Of a stretch of DNA of 64,000 nt, positions 1 to 11,255 are shown one piece after another. The DNA is from Tubiluchus corallicola (lineage: Eukaryota; Animalia; Priapulida), in assembly GCA_030141605.1 (NCBI GenBank), contig JAQGDQ010000013.1, positions 758,447 through 822,446 on the forward strand, written 5' to 3'. Position 1 is the first letter of the stretch; every line of letters begins with the position of its first letter. Below the pieces are notes generated by a model. That model made no database searches and was not told the DNA's origin. It saw nothing but the letters and a program-made list of their open reading frames with translations. The translations under genes and the position numbers were made by a program.

Positions 1-86
1 GTGTAGCATATTTATGATCTGCTCGAACAACACCTGAAATATAAAATAAAACTTTTCAGAACTTCACTGTTTTATAATTCTTCGCT

Positions 87-273
87 GTTATTCTTGTTCG
101 ACATTCCGCTTTAAAGATGTACTAATTAAACAATGTGATAAACAATAATAATTAAACAATAATAATAATAATAATCTATCTACCGGCTACAGTTGATAAA
201 TCACAGGAAGCAGCCATGCTGTTATTCTTGTTCGACATTCCGCTTTAAAGATGCACTAATTAAAAAATGTGAT
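87..273. repeat. Direct duplication of about 54 bp (87-140 and 220-273)
   Basis: GTTATTCTTGTTCGACATTCCGCTTTAAAGATGYACTAATTAAAMAATGTGATA occurs twice. Confidence 0.85.
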
Positions 274-700
274 ACGTCCATCGACCTCTACGGAGTGACG
301 TCAAAGCTTCTACAAATGAGTTTCCAGCAACACACAATGTGAAAGAAATGTGTATTTTCATAAACGGTTTCTGTGTATGGTCTCCGAAATGTTTGTATAG
401 GACGTTTTCAAATGTTTTGTGAAAAATGCAAATTTTCTAAGTGAAAATTCGCTAAAATTTAACACGAGACACTCAAATCTAGATTTACTCAAAGGTAAGT
501 TTACTCAAAACAAATCTAAGTTATGACTGCTTGTTTATTTTTATTTTGTGCCAAGTGCAGATGACGTATAAATTTTAGGGTTTCAATACCAATAATAATT
601 ACTGATAGATATAACATGTACATATTGTTGAGGTGTAGCTATGGTTGAGCATCGAATGATCAAGTTTGAGTGTTAAAATTGGTGAATTCGACTGCAAAGA

Positions 701-971
701 CCAGACGGTTTAGTCTAGTGGCAAGGACGCATTCACTTTCTATCTGTGAGATCGTGAGTTCGATACACAGCGGCCGGGTCATACCAAAGACTTTAAAAAT
801 GCCACCTGCTGTTTTCCTGCCTGGCATGCGGTATTTAAGGTGAAAGTGGGGTAATAATAGATTCTGTTACATCTTGGTAGTTTGTTATTTACAGTCAGCC
901 CAAAAGCTCTATGAGCTTATGTAAATTGTTTATACAAAAAATTGACTTTAAATAAAGATTATTATTATTAT

Positions 972-972
<1 letters not shown>
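701..972 (+). mobile_element. tRNA-derived SINE, copy 1 (Meta/MESC-like core)
   Basis: Pol III A-box-like TAGTCTAGTGG (711-721), B-box-like GTTCGATAC (758-766), core GGTCATACCAAAGACTTTAAAAATG, AATAAA and (ATT)n tail; colinear second copy at 46341-46600. Confidence 0.8.

Positions 973-1068
<96 letters not shown>
973..1068. repeat. (AGT)n microsatellite of about 32 units at the SINE tail
   Basis: Directly visible perfect trinucleotide run. Confidence 0.97.
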
Positions 1069-1069
<1 letters not shown>

Positions 1070-1279
1070 TTCAACTACTGTACATACATTGACTACCTTT
1101 AAAACATTTCAAACTGCCTGCAGTCAGCACAGTTTAGCTGTAATTTCTGTGCACAGTAATTTCTGTAATTTTTAAACAATTAATAGTGTTTTTACTGCAG
1201 AACAAAATATAGCAAAATGCATGATCTTTGCAAAACTGCTTTTTACTAATGATATAAAAATTAACTCACAAATTTTTAA

Positions 1280-1949
1280 AGAACAAAAAAGGGGTATCTG
1301 AAATAAGTTTCAGAAAAATCACCTCAAAAATTTTATGCGTATCTTACACTTGCATTGAAAGGATTTTGTGTTAGTTTTCATTTTAAATCTCCCGCAATAT
1401 TGTTCCAACTGCGCGATTACATGATGCCATATACGTACAACGTAAATCAAGGGAAGAAAAAGAATTGTTAAACTATGTACCAAAAAACTTTTTAAGCAAA
1501 GTTATATTGCTTAGTATTTCGCTTACCTGCTTGAAAGACTTTATGTAACTAGAAAAAATATTAATTATCTAAAATATTTTCACCAATTGGTAAAAATGTT
1601 GTTGACTCAGCCTCCAGAGTGCACCATTGACTAACTCACCGGCAAAAAAACGAATTTTTAATTTTATTGACAAGATACAGTAATTTACAATTTTACTTAG
1701 TTAGTGCATGTGTGCTACGAATGCTCTGATTAATTTTTCAAACTTTACTCGGAGTTATCTAAACTTGTTTTAAGTGACCTATTGTCAAAATAGTTGCGTC
1801 TAATGGTCATCGCGGGAGTTTAAATTTACATGTCTTGCAGGGCGTTACTGTCGATGCAAGCCCTGTATGCAAAAAGGCAGTATGTAAGTGGCATAAAATT
1901 CCAGGAGGAATTTTCTAAGCTTTATGTATGTGGAGCGCTTATTTGTGCT
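1280..1949. mobile_element. Non-autonomous DNA transposon family A (TTAA-flanked, AG...CT ends, Kolobok-like)
   Basis: TTAA at 1276-1279 and 1950-1953; imperfect TIR AGAACAAAAAAG / CTTATTTGTGCT; homologous copies at 35794-36799 and 48574-49248, partial copy near 39155-39320. Confidence 0.75.
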
Positions 1950-2521
1950 TTAAAAGTTAATTTGAATTCGAGTCAGATTCGAAATTTTGAAATTCACTTT
2001 GATTCGAATTCAAAATTAAAAATTCGACTTGATTCAAACCCGATATTTTGATAGAAATTGCTCAGTCCTACATATCACTTGCAGCAGCTAGTTTGCAGCT
2101 GTACTTATAGAATAGAACATGCAGTGCACGATGCAGGCCATAATAATGTATCAATTGTCCATGTACCATGTTGTAATTGTGCCAGAGTTTGCTTGGGTTG
2201 TTCGTCCAATGACGTTCCTATCAAGCTGTAAGGGAGTTTGTACCACATGTTAACCTTGTACTGGAAAGAAAATTTTCATTCTTACTGTTCTGCTAGATTT
2301 TGAGATATTTTGAACAACCTGTGAAAACCTATCGTAAATGTGTAGTTTCAGCCTGTGGATGAAGCAAAATAAATTTTAATTAAATAGTACTTTTTCACTT
2401 TGAATTTGAGGTGGAAATTAATGACCCTGCTCTCAGTGCTCTGCCTGTCGGTTTAGAAAATATTACAAAACAAACGCAATTTGAACAGAATTGATGGCCA
2501 CGTACAACATTTCTGCTGTTG

Positions 2522-2533
2522 CTCTTCCTTTTC
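2522..2533 (+). promoter_or_regulatory. Polypyrimidine TCT initiator / 5'TOP of RPS7
   Basis: CTCTTCCTTTTC about 26-37 nt upstream of the ATG at 2559; typical of ribosomal protein genes. Confidence 0.8.
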
Positions 2534-2558
2534 GGGCGGCCATCGTCTCACGTTGAGA

Positions 2559-2721
2559 ATGTATTCGCAGGCAGCCAAAATAAGAAAGCCAGGAGGGGAG
2601 AAACCGGATGAAGTAGAGCAGCAAATCTCACAAGCTATTTTAGAGTTAGAGATCAATAGTGATTTGAAAGCACAACTACGGGAGCTACACATCACTGGAG
2701 CTAAAGAAATCGATTTACCTG
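2559..2721 (+). CDS. RPS7: 40S ribosomal protein S7 (eS7), coding exon 1
   Basis: [54 protein letters not shown] is the eS7 N-terminus; donor G|GTAAGC at 2722, phase 1. Confidence 0.97.
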
Positions 2722-3213
2722 GTAAGCTCGAAACAATGATAGTTCCCTTGGCTAGTCTATAAATATGGCTGCTTCAGTTAGCATGAGACCTCATATTAGG
2801 TCATCGCCCAGTGACTATGAAAAGAAGTTAGAGGGGAACAGTCACAATTATTTTTGGCTAGTGTTAGGGTTAGGATTATTTTTTATTGTACCTTTTTTAC
2901 ATGAATTCGTTCGATGAAGGCACTTGGTAGTAGTAAACTGCCCAGCTCATTCAGTGGGTTAGATATAATTTTATAATTGCAGATAAGTAGTGTTCTTTTG
3001 CTACTACAGTGACAATATCTAATTAAACAGTTAAGAACCGGTGAAGGTATTTGGTGTGGAAATTGATTATTGTTTAAAAACTAATATTTATGTTTGTTAT
3101 TTTTAAATTTAACTGAAAATAATATTTTTAGTTTATTCAGTGTGCAAATTTAATACTGATCCTCCCAGATATTCCAGTAAATCTGCCCATATATGCTAAA
3201 ACTAAGCTGATAT

Positions 3214-3385
3214 TGTAATGATAAGTAACAAATCATAGTTGAATTGAATTAAAAGTTGATTGTCGTTGGGTGTCTAAAATGATCATGTCGTAACCTCCAT
3301 TTGTTAAACTAAATTTTGGATTAAATAATTACTTTAATCTTACTTAAGTGTTATCTTATATGTATATATGGACCCAAACATTACA
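3214..3385 (+). repeat. 5' LTR (172 bp)
   Basis: About 9 substitutions relative to the 3' LTR; TG...CA ends with a 7-bp inverted repeat. Confidence 0.95.
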
Positions 3386-3403
3386 TGGTGTCAGAAGTGG
3401 GAT
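3386..3403 (+). promoter_or_regulatory. Primer binding site complementary to a tRNA-Leu 3' end
   Basis: TGGTGTCAGAAGTGGGAT immediately after the 5' LTR is the reverse complement of ATCCCACTTCTGACACCA. Confidence 0.85.
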
Positions 3404-3917
3404 GTTAGCACCACCAGCAGCATTGAATCTTAGTAGCACAAATGTGGCCGAGCAGTGGAAACTTTTTAAGCAGAAGTTTGCTTTGTATCTGACGACAATC
3501 GAAGCAAATAATAAAGCAGATAGCATCAAGTCATCGTTGCTGCTTCACGTAATAGGGGAAGATGCGGTACAGTTATACAATATGTTCGAGTTTGAAAATA
3601 ATGAGCCCGATGCAGGTCAACCTGCAAACATGAACTTTGATGCTATCATGCGGAAATTCGAACACCACTTCATACCAAAGCAGAACGTTACATATGAGCG
3701 GCATAAGTTCTTTACCTGTAACCAAAAGGCAGGTGAAACCATTGATCAGTATGTGACAGAACTGCGGAAAAGATCCAAAACATGCGAATTTGGTGCTTTA
3801 ACTGAATCACTCATAAAAGACAAAATAGTCTGTGGCATCCAAAATAACAGCTTAGAACAGAAGAGTGCAGTCTACATTACCAATAATGAGCAAGCTTCTA
3901 GAAGTTCCAGGAAATAA
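3402..3917 (+). pseudogene. Truncated gag of the LTR element
   Basis: MLAPPAALNL...WKLFKQKFALYL...LLLHVIGEDAVQLY...YERHKFFTCNQKAGETIDQYVTELR...CEFG...IKDKIVCGI is a gypsy/Mag-type capsid region; gag homology ends near 3855. Confidence 0.85.
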
Positions 3918-4185
3918 GAACATACTTGACTGGAAATGTAGTCAGAAAATCAAGCAGAAAAAGTACTATGATCGCAAAGCTCGTCCACTTGCTGAACTTA
4001 AACCAGATGAGAGAGTCTTGATCAGAAATCCTGTTAGTAAGATGTGGGACAGGAAAGGTTCTGTGATTAGGAAAGTGCAGAAACATTCATATCTTCTCAG
4101 ATTGGATAATGGAGCTGTTTTGAAAAGGAATAGATCTGCTATCAGACGGTGTATTACTGAAACCTGTGACCGTAATTCTGATTGA
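3859..4185 (+). pseudogene. Integrase C-terminal remnant of the LTR element
   Basis: RRVQSTLPI...QKKYYDRKARPLAELKPDERVLI...W...G.V...SYLL...G.VLKRNRSAIR is the typical end of a Ty3/gypsy pol. Confidence 0.85.
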
Positions 4186-4783
4186 TTGATTTGGAACCAC
4201 AGGGAAATGAACACTTTCAGCTACAGCAAGTGAGACCAGAAGTTGAACAACACAAGATGACTAGATTTGGAAGAGTAGTGAGGTGTCCAAAAAGATTGAA
4301 ACGATTTTTTTTTTAAATTTCCATGCCACTTCTAGTTTCAATGTTCAAGTTTCATTTAAGTTCTTAATGTTTCAAGAATTTGTGCACAAAATAGTTAAGT
4401 GCATTTTTATAATTTTTATAGAGCAATGTTACTGACTTGTGGATTAGAAAAGTACTAATTCTTAAATCATACTGTTAAATACATTAGTGATACAGTTATA
4501 ATGTTAGAGTTAGTTAAATAGATCTTTCACTGCAATTTAGTTTTAAATGAAACTATAATACTTCTGTGATTGAAATTTATAAGAAACCAGTTTATTGCAT
4601 ATATAACTAAAAATTCCATATACTGTGGATGGAGCTTTACTGAAGGCTGTCCAAAAGTTGCAAATTCTCTGTAGTGTAAAAGTTAGCATGTTCAACTTTA
4701 AAGTTCTAGTTTAAAGCCTATGTAATCGAGGTTTGAAATCTAAATTTGGGTTTGATAAAGTGCTTCTTTTAGAAAAAGGGAGT

Positions 4784-4924
4784 TGTAATGATAAGTAACA
4801 AATCATAGTTGAATTGAATTAAAAGTTGATCGTCATTGCGTGTCTAAAATGATCATGTCGTAACCTCCATTTGTTAAACTAAATTTTAGATTAAATAAAT
4901 ACTTTAATCTTACTTAAGTGTTAT

Positions 4925-4962
<38 letters not shown>

Positions 4963-4975
4963 CCCAGACATTACA
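4784..4975 (+). repeat. 3' LTR (192 bp, with (TA)n expansion)
   Basis: Copy of 3214-3385 with 20 extra bp of TA repeat within 4927-4958. Confidence 0.95.
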
Positions 4976-7083
4976 GATATGTTTACTACATCTCCATAGT
5001 AATCAAATCTTGTATCTTTACCCATATGCAGTTAGTGATGCCCCCGTTTACACATAGTATAGCTTTAATTAATCTAGTTGTCACAGAAGCATCTAAACAC
5101 CAAATCAGGCCGACACTAACAATACATCTGCTTCCTTCTAATCGCCTGGGTAATATTTTTTTGTCACGCACCCGGACAGGAATTTTTTTTGTACGCTCAT
5201 ATACTTACTTAACGCAGTCATATAAAAGTGTTTTTTATTTAAAATGTAAAACACAATAATTATTATAACATTGTTCTTTTGGGGAATGCGGGACGTGGTT
5301 GTAATTTTCCACGGCTAACTCTCGGCCAGGGTTGCCGTTTTGTGTGATGCTCATTGTATTGGTGGCTAAAAAGTATTGAATTTTCTGCCAAATCAGTGTA
5401 CTAACAGATGATTAGTGTTGCACAAACCTTTAAAAAGAAGTTTATTTTGAAAAAGTTCTTCCTCCCTCCAACTGACATCTTTTGAGCTCATGAGGTAAGA
5501 CAGAAACAAATTTTTTTTGACTGTTTCCTTGTGAGGAAATACAGATATTATTTAGCTGCCTGTCCCCATTTCTAACAGAAAAAACTTTTGCACTCTATTA
5601 TTAAAGGAAAATTTAAGTTAAAATGCAACGGATATTGAGTTTGTTCAGTGGTTTGAAGTTTCAATTTTTACAATGTTATACCGATAACACAGATTTTAAG
5701 TATTATTAGTGTTATTAATGAGGTAAAACTGTTACTATGGTAACACATTTGAACTCAGTCAGAGAAGCCATCACTACAGCATGTTCTTAAGCCTCGTTTT
5801 GCTACATATGGTTGTACTTATTCACTTATCTAACTTAAGCGATATGCAAGTATTTCATTCAACTATATGTGGCATCATACTACACACCATTAGTGTCATA
5901 TAATTAGTATGCAACCTTAAATATTTCAATTTTAATAATGGCCACTAGGAGCTGATTTCTTACAATGTAAATTTTACATTGAGTAATGTGATCTTTATCA
6001 ATTTTTAATTATCGGCTGTTGCGTCTATAACTTGCACTAACTACAAATATTATAAAATTGCAGCCATTTTCCTTGAAACTTTAATATTGAAGATCACAGT
6101 TGTGCAAAATGTGCAGGTTAGAAAATGAACCCTGTCCAAACGATTTCTCCACATTTGTGTGCATCTTGCTGTCATGATAACAAAAGCAAATTATTTTTGT
6201 TATAGCAGAGTAACTTAGTTTCAAAAAGAAAGTTTCGTTTAATTAATTTACTTATCGTTGAATGATATAACATGTTTTGCAACAACACCAGGTATGTATT
6301 CTGGTGTACTTGAACTGTCCTCGAGGTCCTTGAGGACCTCGTATATTGCTCGATTTCTACTTAATCATAGTGCTATTCGCTCTAACTTAAAATGCTACTA
6401 GTGACAGACGATTTTGAAATTTTGAAATTTTATTATGACCTTGTTTTTGTAACTGTATATCACTATTGATCTTTTGCGACAATTTTTTAGTGGTTTAGCC
6501 TAGTTTTTTTCAAACATTGCAGTACTGAAATAGCCTATAAACTTCTTCATACCTTGTGTTGCTGTCTGCCATTTTTTCTCGCAAACTATTTTTATAGACG
6601 CGCACATTCATTAGCTATTCTACAGTCTTACACACGTCACACGAAAATGAATTTGACATCTCCAGTTTACAATGTAGCAGTTTGCAATTGTCTGCATGTG
6701 TAAGGTGAAAAAAATAAAGAAAAAATGCAAGAATTCCGTTTATTTATGTCAAAACACTGCCATTTAGTTCGTGTGTAACACATATTTTGTTCCCGATTTA
6801 TTATTATGCTGTTCAATCGTCCGATTATATTGATTTATACGTGGTTCTAATCCCGATTCTAATTCAATTAATCTATTAATTGCCCATCACTAACTGCTAC
6901 TACTGTGCTATCATCAATAATAACTACAGCTATAGTGCCGTAAGTAGCGCTTTGAATAGATTATTTGTTGCATGTAAAGGATATTAAATTTCAAGACTAG
7001 TTTTTTAGTGTCTGAATTACGTGATGCTTGCAAATTAATCTCTTTATTGAATATCTTACTCATATTTTTTTCATTAATTGTAG

Positions 7084-7502
7084 GTAAAAAAGCTGTAATC
7101 ATCTTTGTGCCTGTGCCTCAGCTTAAAGCTTACCAGAAAGTTCAAACGAGGTTAGTGCGTGAGCTGGAGAAGAAATTCAGTGGTAAGCATGTTGTATTCA
7201 TAGCTCAGCGGCGAATCCTCGCCAAGCCAACGAGGAAAACAAGAGTGAAAAACAAGCAAAAGAGGCCCAGAAGTCGTACCCTGACATCCGTACACGACGC
7301 CATCTTAGACGATCTAGTGTATCCTGCTGAAATCGTTGGAAAGCGCATTCGGGTTAGACTGGATGGATCAAGATTGATAAAGATTCATTTGGACAAGGCC
7401 CAACAGACGAACATCGAGCATAAAACTGATACATTTAGTGCCGTGTATAAGAAATTGACTGGCAAGGAAGTTACATTTGAGTTTCCAGAACACTATCTCT
7501 GA
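7084..7502 (+). CDS. RPS7: 40S ribosomal protein S7 (eS7), coding exon 2
   Basis: Acceptor TTGTAG at 7083; [46 protein letters not shown]...EFPEHYL*; joined CDS 582 nt = 193 aa. Confidence 0.98.
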
Positions 7503-7537
7503 GATGGCCTTTATGGCTATTACTTGTAATATGGCGT

Positions 7538-7543
7538 AATAAA
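7538..7543 (+). promoter_or_regulatory. RPS7 polyadenylation signal
   Basis: AATAAA 36 nt after the stop codon, followed by a GT/T-rich downstream tract. Confidence 0.75.
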
Positions 7544-9967
7544 GGACTACCTTTACAGTGGAGTCTCTCTCTGTTGTTTCGTTTTATTTTTGAGCTTCCG
7601 TGTTTTGGCTTCATTCCTCTTCAACCAGTAGCAAATACTTTATAATTAAGCCAGTCAATTCCAATGTGTCAAAAACCATTCATGGTAAAGATAGGCAGTC
7701 GAATCGATAATTCAATTCAGAAATTTATTCCCTATTCATTTGCTAATGCCGCACTTTGTTTTGCACAAGAATACGAGATTAAAATTCTTTCCTTAGTTGG
7801 TTAGTTTAATGCTTATAGACAATGTTGCTGTTTATGCGGTAATGATCAGAACATAAATAATTTGAGGCATCATACTGTACAAAAAAGACTACACAATAAT
7901 AGATAATTATATGACAATTTAGTAATACAAAAAAGTGTGAAAAAATGTACTCTGAAAACATTGGTTATTGCTAACCAGTGGGAACTAAACACTAATTTCG
8001 CTGTAATTCGAAGGATGCTGGTTGCTGTTCCCTGAAAAAAAGCAGCAATTTCGAAAAAGAACGCTCATTACGATGACAACAAGGTTTGATTTCGGCACAT
8101 GTAGAAGTTAGCGACATTTTACTGTTACAACAAACTTAATTTCACTTGTTAATGCCACTTTTTGAAATTGTTATTTATTAAATACATGATTATACAAATC
8201 GCTGCTGTGTACAATAATATTGAGTTTTGGGCAATTTGACTAGACGTACAATAATATTTAGAAAACTACAACCCTGCTCATAGATCAACTTAAAGATTAG
8301 TTCATCTGCAAGGCTGACTGGTGCTTTTGAAGTGTAACTGATTTGGATTGAACTATAATGGAAACTTTGGTAGCCTAGGCAACAGCTCGATGGTCTGTGC
8401 TGTACCTGTTGCCTTGAGTGACCAATAACTTGTTTGGGTCATTTGCACGTGTCCAACGTACTACCTAGGATATCAAAGTCACCCAGACATTTTGCTGTTT
8501 TTTTTGTGAAGAAAGTTTTTTTAGCCAGTGCCGCAAGCTTGGTAAAACCGTTTACGAATTGCCGTATTCTCAAAATTAGACAAAGAAATTAGATGTGTTG
8601 TATAAATGGGTAGGCTATTCAGTTTTAACTGTTTCGTTATGTGATTCAAAAGCAAAACACTAAAATTTTGTTTGTGCGCAACAACTTAGTGTCTTTGTAC
8701 AATTTAATCCACATTATTTACATCAATTCAACAGACACTTGTATATAAGAAACTACAATATTTTTTGAGTATTAACTACAATGTCAGTAAAATGGTCGTC
8801 AAAAGATGGCGTTGAAATATGACGTCTCCCGGGTAATGGGAAACATTTTCGCAAATTTTTGGTACTCAAGAATTATTTTTATATACTGCACAACTACATA
8901 GTACAAAACATAAGGTACATAACAGAGAAACAGTTAATTGTGGAGAACAAAAAATTATGCACCAAATGTGAACGTGCCATGATTATACAAGTCAAAAAAT
9001 ATCTGACATAGAAAACCTGTCAAAACAATAGACTACCTAAATCCAAAGTAGATTAAAACAGAATTTTTAACAAATTAAAACAAGATCCATTAGCAACTTA
9101 AAAAATAAATATTATTAGGTAAAATTTACTCAGACTGAGCGTATTTTTCCACACATTCTCGTCTGACTCTCTTATCTCAACTACATGCATGTAATCTCAA
9201 CTAATTTTCTTAAATGTCGTTTGTTTTATTTCAATATTCTGCAAAGCATATCCCTAAAACTAAACAACTATATTAACATATATACATAACATTACTAGGT
9301 ATGCAGTGAAAAACAAAGTGGGTCACTGTCAAAATTCGCGTATCACAATATACAAAACAAGTGAATTTGCACACCTACGTAGTACGTATTGAGCGTGAAG
9401 TACAGTGTGAATTAACATTAATAGATAGTAATGCATTAATCTGGACACAGTTGTTTCAAGCAATATCTATTCATAATATCCAGGCTTAATGCTGTTATGT
9501 ATTGTCCGGACTATAATAATTATTTCGTGAATTCACAGAATAGCTCCACACAGCAGAAAATCAAAGTCCCTTGCCAAAGTAGTTACAGTCAGACATTGTC
9601 TACTATGCTGTGTATGTGTTTGAATAAACTTATAATGCATAGAACTTTGGAGTGTAATAAAGAACCAATTTAGTAAAGTATCTCAGGTGTTTGTATGTTT
9701 ATTTCTTGTTGAAAGAAATTATTTGTATGATTTACATTTGTAACCCTATGTAAGAATTTTCTCAACTGTAAAGAAAGTGTCGGTGAGAAAATTTCTTTAG
9801 CCCGTTACAAAATTCATTACATTTACAGTACAGAGATGTCAACAACTTAGACAAACTTGTGTTTATGTTGCATATACAAAAACTGAACGACTGCTAGCAT
9901 AAGAATACATGGCTGAAGGCAAGTTGTACGTCAAGAATTGATTCAATGATGGAAGCAGATATAATAT

Positions 9968-10085
9968 AGCTTTGTAGCAGCCAATAGGAAGATAGAGCAC
10001 AGTTTTGTATTAGCCAATAGGAAGATAACATACAGCTTTGTATTAGCCAATAGGAAGATAGCATATAGCTTTGTATTAGCCAATG
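9968..10085. repeat. 33-bp tandem repeat, about 4 units, each with AGCCAAT
   Basis: CCAAT at 9981, 10014, 10047 and 10080; unit AGCTTTGTATTAGCCAATAGGAAGATARCAYA. Confidence 0.85.
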
Positions 10086-10194
10086 GAAACAAAGGGTGTG
10101 GAGGAGTGCTCCAAACCACCTGTTTGCAATACAGCTGTAGCCAATATTGCTTTCAATGCAGTTTAGACCATTTTTGAGACACCTTTAGAAACCA

Positions 10195-10830
10195 TTTGTC
10201 TGCTTGCATACCAAAACCGTTCAAAAGTCGGCGTAGTTAAAACTGCGTTATGATGCTTCAAAGTAGAATAACCCAAAAATTTGATGAAATGTTAATTTTT
10301 CGTATTTTATAAAAACCAACGCAAACTATATTGGACTTTTATGTTATAGCATCAAATTATCAAGAAAATGTTCAACAAACACTAAAAATTTACCCAATTT
10401 CTGTCTAGAAACTAGTACTGCATTTGTAAAAAATTCCTAATTTTAAACTCCAATAGTAGCTGTGATTTTGCTTCGGGTTTTTCTGTTGCCAAGCCCAGAT
10501 CTTCTTCAGGAAGAGCCATCTACTGGATTTAAATATAACTTCAATGCGCTCTTGTAAAGTCCATAGCAACAAACATTTATGCAGTTGCTAAGAGTTTTAT
10601 TGAAACGCGACAAAAAACAATGGCTAAGTTTAACAGCAATTTTCTCGAGGTTAAGTTTTTCAGTGCGTAGCTGAACCTCAACTTCAATGCAGATTATCTC
10701 AGCCTAGAAATAACATAGAGCAATGAACTTGGTATCAAAATGATCCTCATGAAATAGAGATTCAGTATATGTGAACAACTAGAAAACCTTAGTTGCCAAC
10801 TTGTGGACTATTTTGCTTTGCAAGCACAAA
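10195..10830. mobile_element. Non-autonomous TIR element family G, copy 1
   Basis: TIR TGCTTGCAWACCAAAA / TTTTGC..TGCAAGCAC; colinear homolog at 28579-29025. Confidence 0.7.
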
Positions 10831-11255
10831 TTTTAGAAATAACTTTTCATTAGCTAAAACATATTTAACCCTTTCCAAAAATTATGGGAATGAAATGGTC
10901 CGCTATTTGCCTGAGAAAAGCACAAGTTTGTCGAATGATTTTTTTGCAATTTAAATAAAAGAGATACTCAATTGCTATTTGTTTTCAACAAGGCAAAAAT
11001 TTTACGATCTGTAGTACTAATCCACTCCTCGCAAAAATGTGGAAAGTATTGGTAATCTTCGACTTCTTTTGTGCTACCTGTCACTGAGCTGCAAGCAACA
11101 CCAGCAGTATAATCTCACCTTTATACTAATTAACTCTAGCATCTCTAAATAAAGATCCAGCATGTTCTCAAATCTCCAGCTGGCATAAAAATCTGACATT
11201 TAAATTCAACTATATTTATACTTTCATTTTAGTAACACAACTAAAGGCATTGTCA

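Larger units (their letters stand above)
3214..4975 (+). mobile_element. Internally deleted Ty3/gypsy (Mag-like) LTR retrotransposon in the RPS7 intron
   Basis: LTRs 3214-3385 and 4784-4975 (TGTAATG...CATTACA); TSD GATAT at 3209-3213 and 4976-4980; primer site TGGTGTCAGAAGTGGGAT; polypurine tract AGAAAAAGGGAG at 4771-4782; gag and integrase C-terminal remnants. Confidence 0.95.

Noticed and set aside
701-780. tRNA gene (also 46341-46410)
   Set aside because: Has A/B boxes but no convincing cloverleaf, and continues into a shared SINE body and tail.
2481-2558. N-terminal extension of RPS7 in the ORF track (also 7008-7083)
   Set aside because: Non-ATG starts lying upstream of the TOP motif or inside the intron; eS7 homology starts at ATG 2559 and resumes at 7084.
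2722-7083. Intronic snoRNA in RPS7
   Set aside because: Often present in ribosomal protein introns, but I found no convincing C/D box pair with a terminal stem or H/ACA layout by eye; an Rfam scan is needed.
7600-11255. MEGF8 poly(A) site or an extra gene between the convergent genes
   Set aside because: Several AATAAA candidates on the - strand cannot be ranked, and no coding signal is present.
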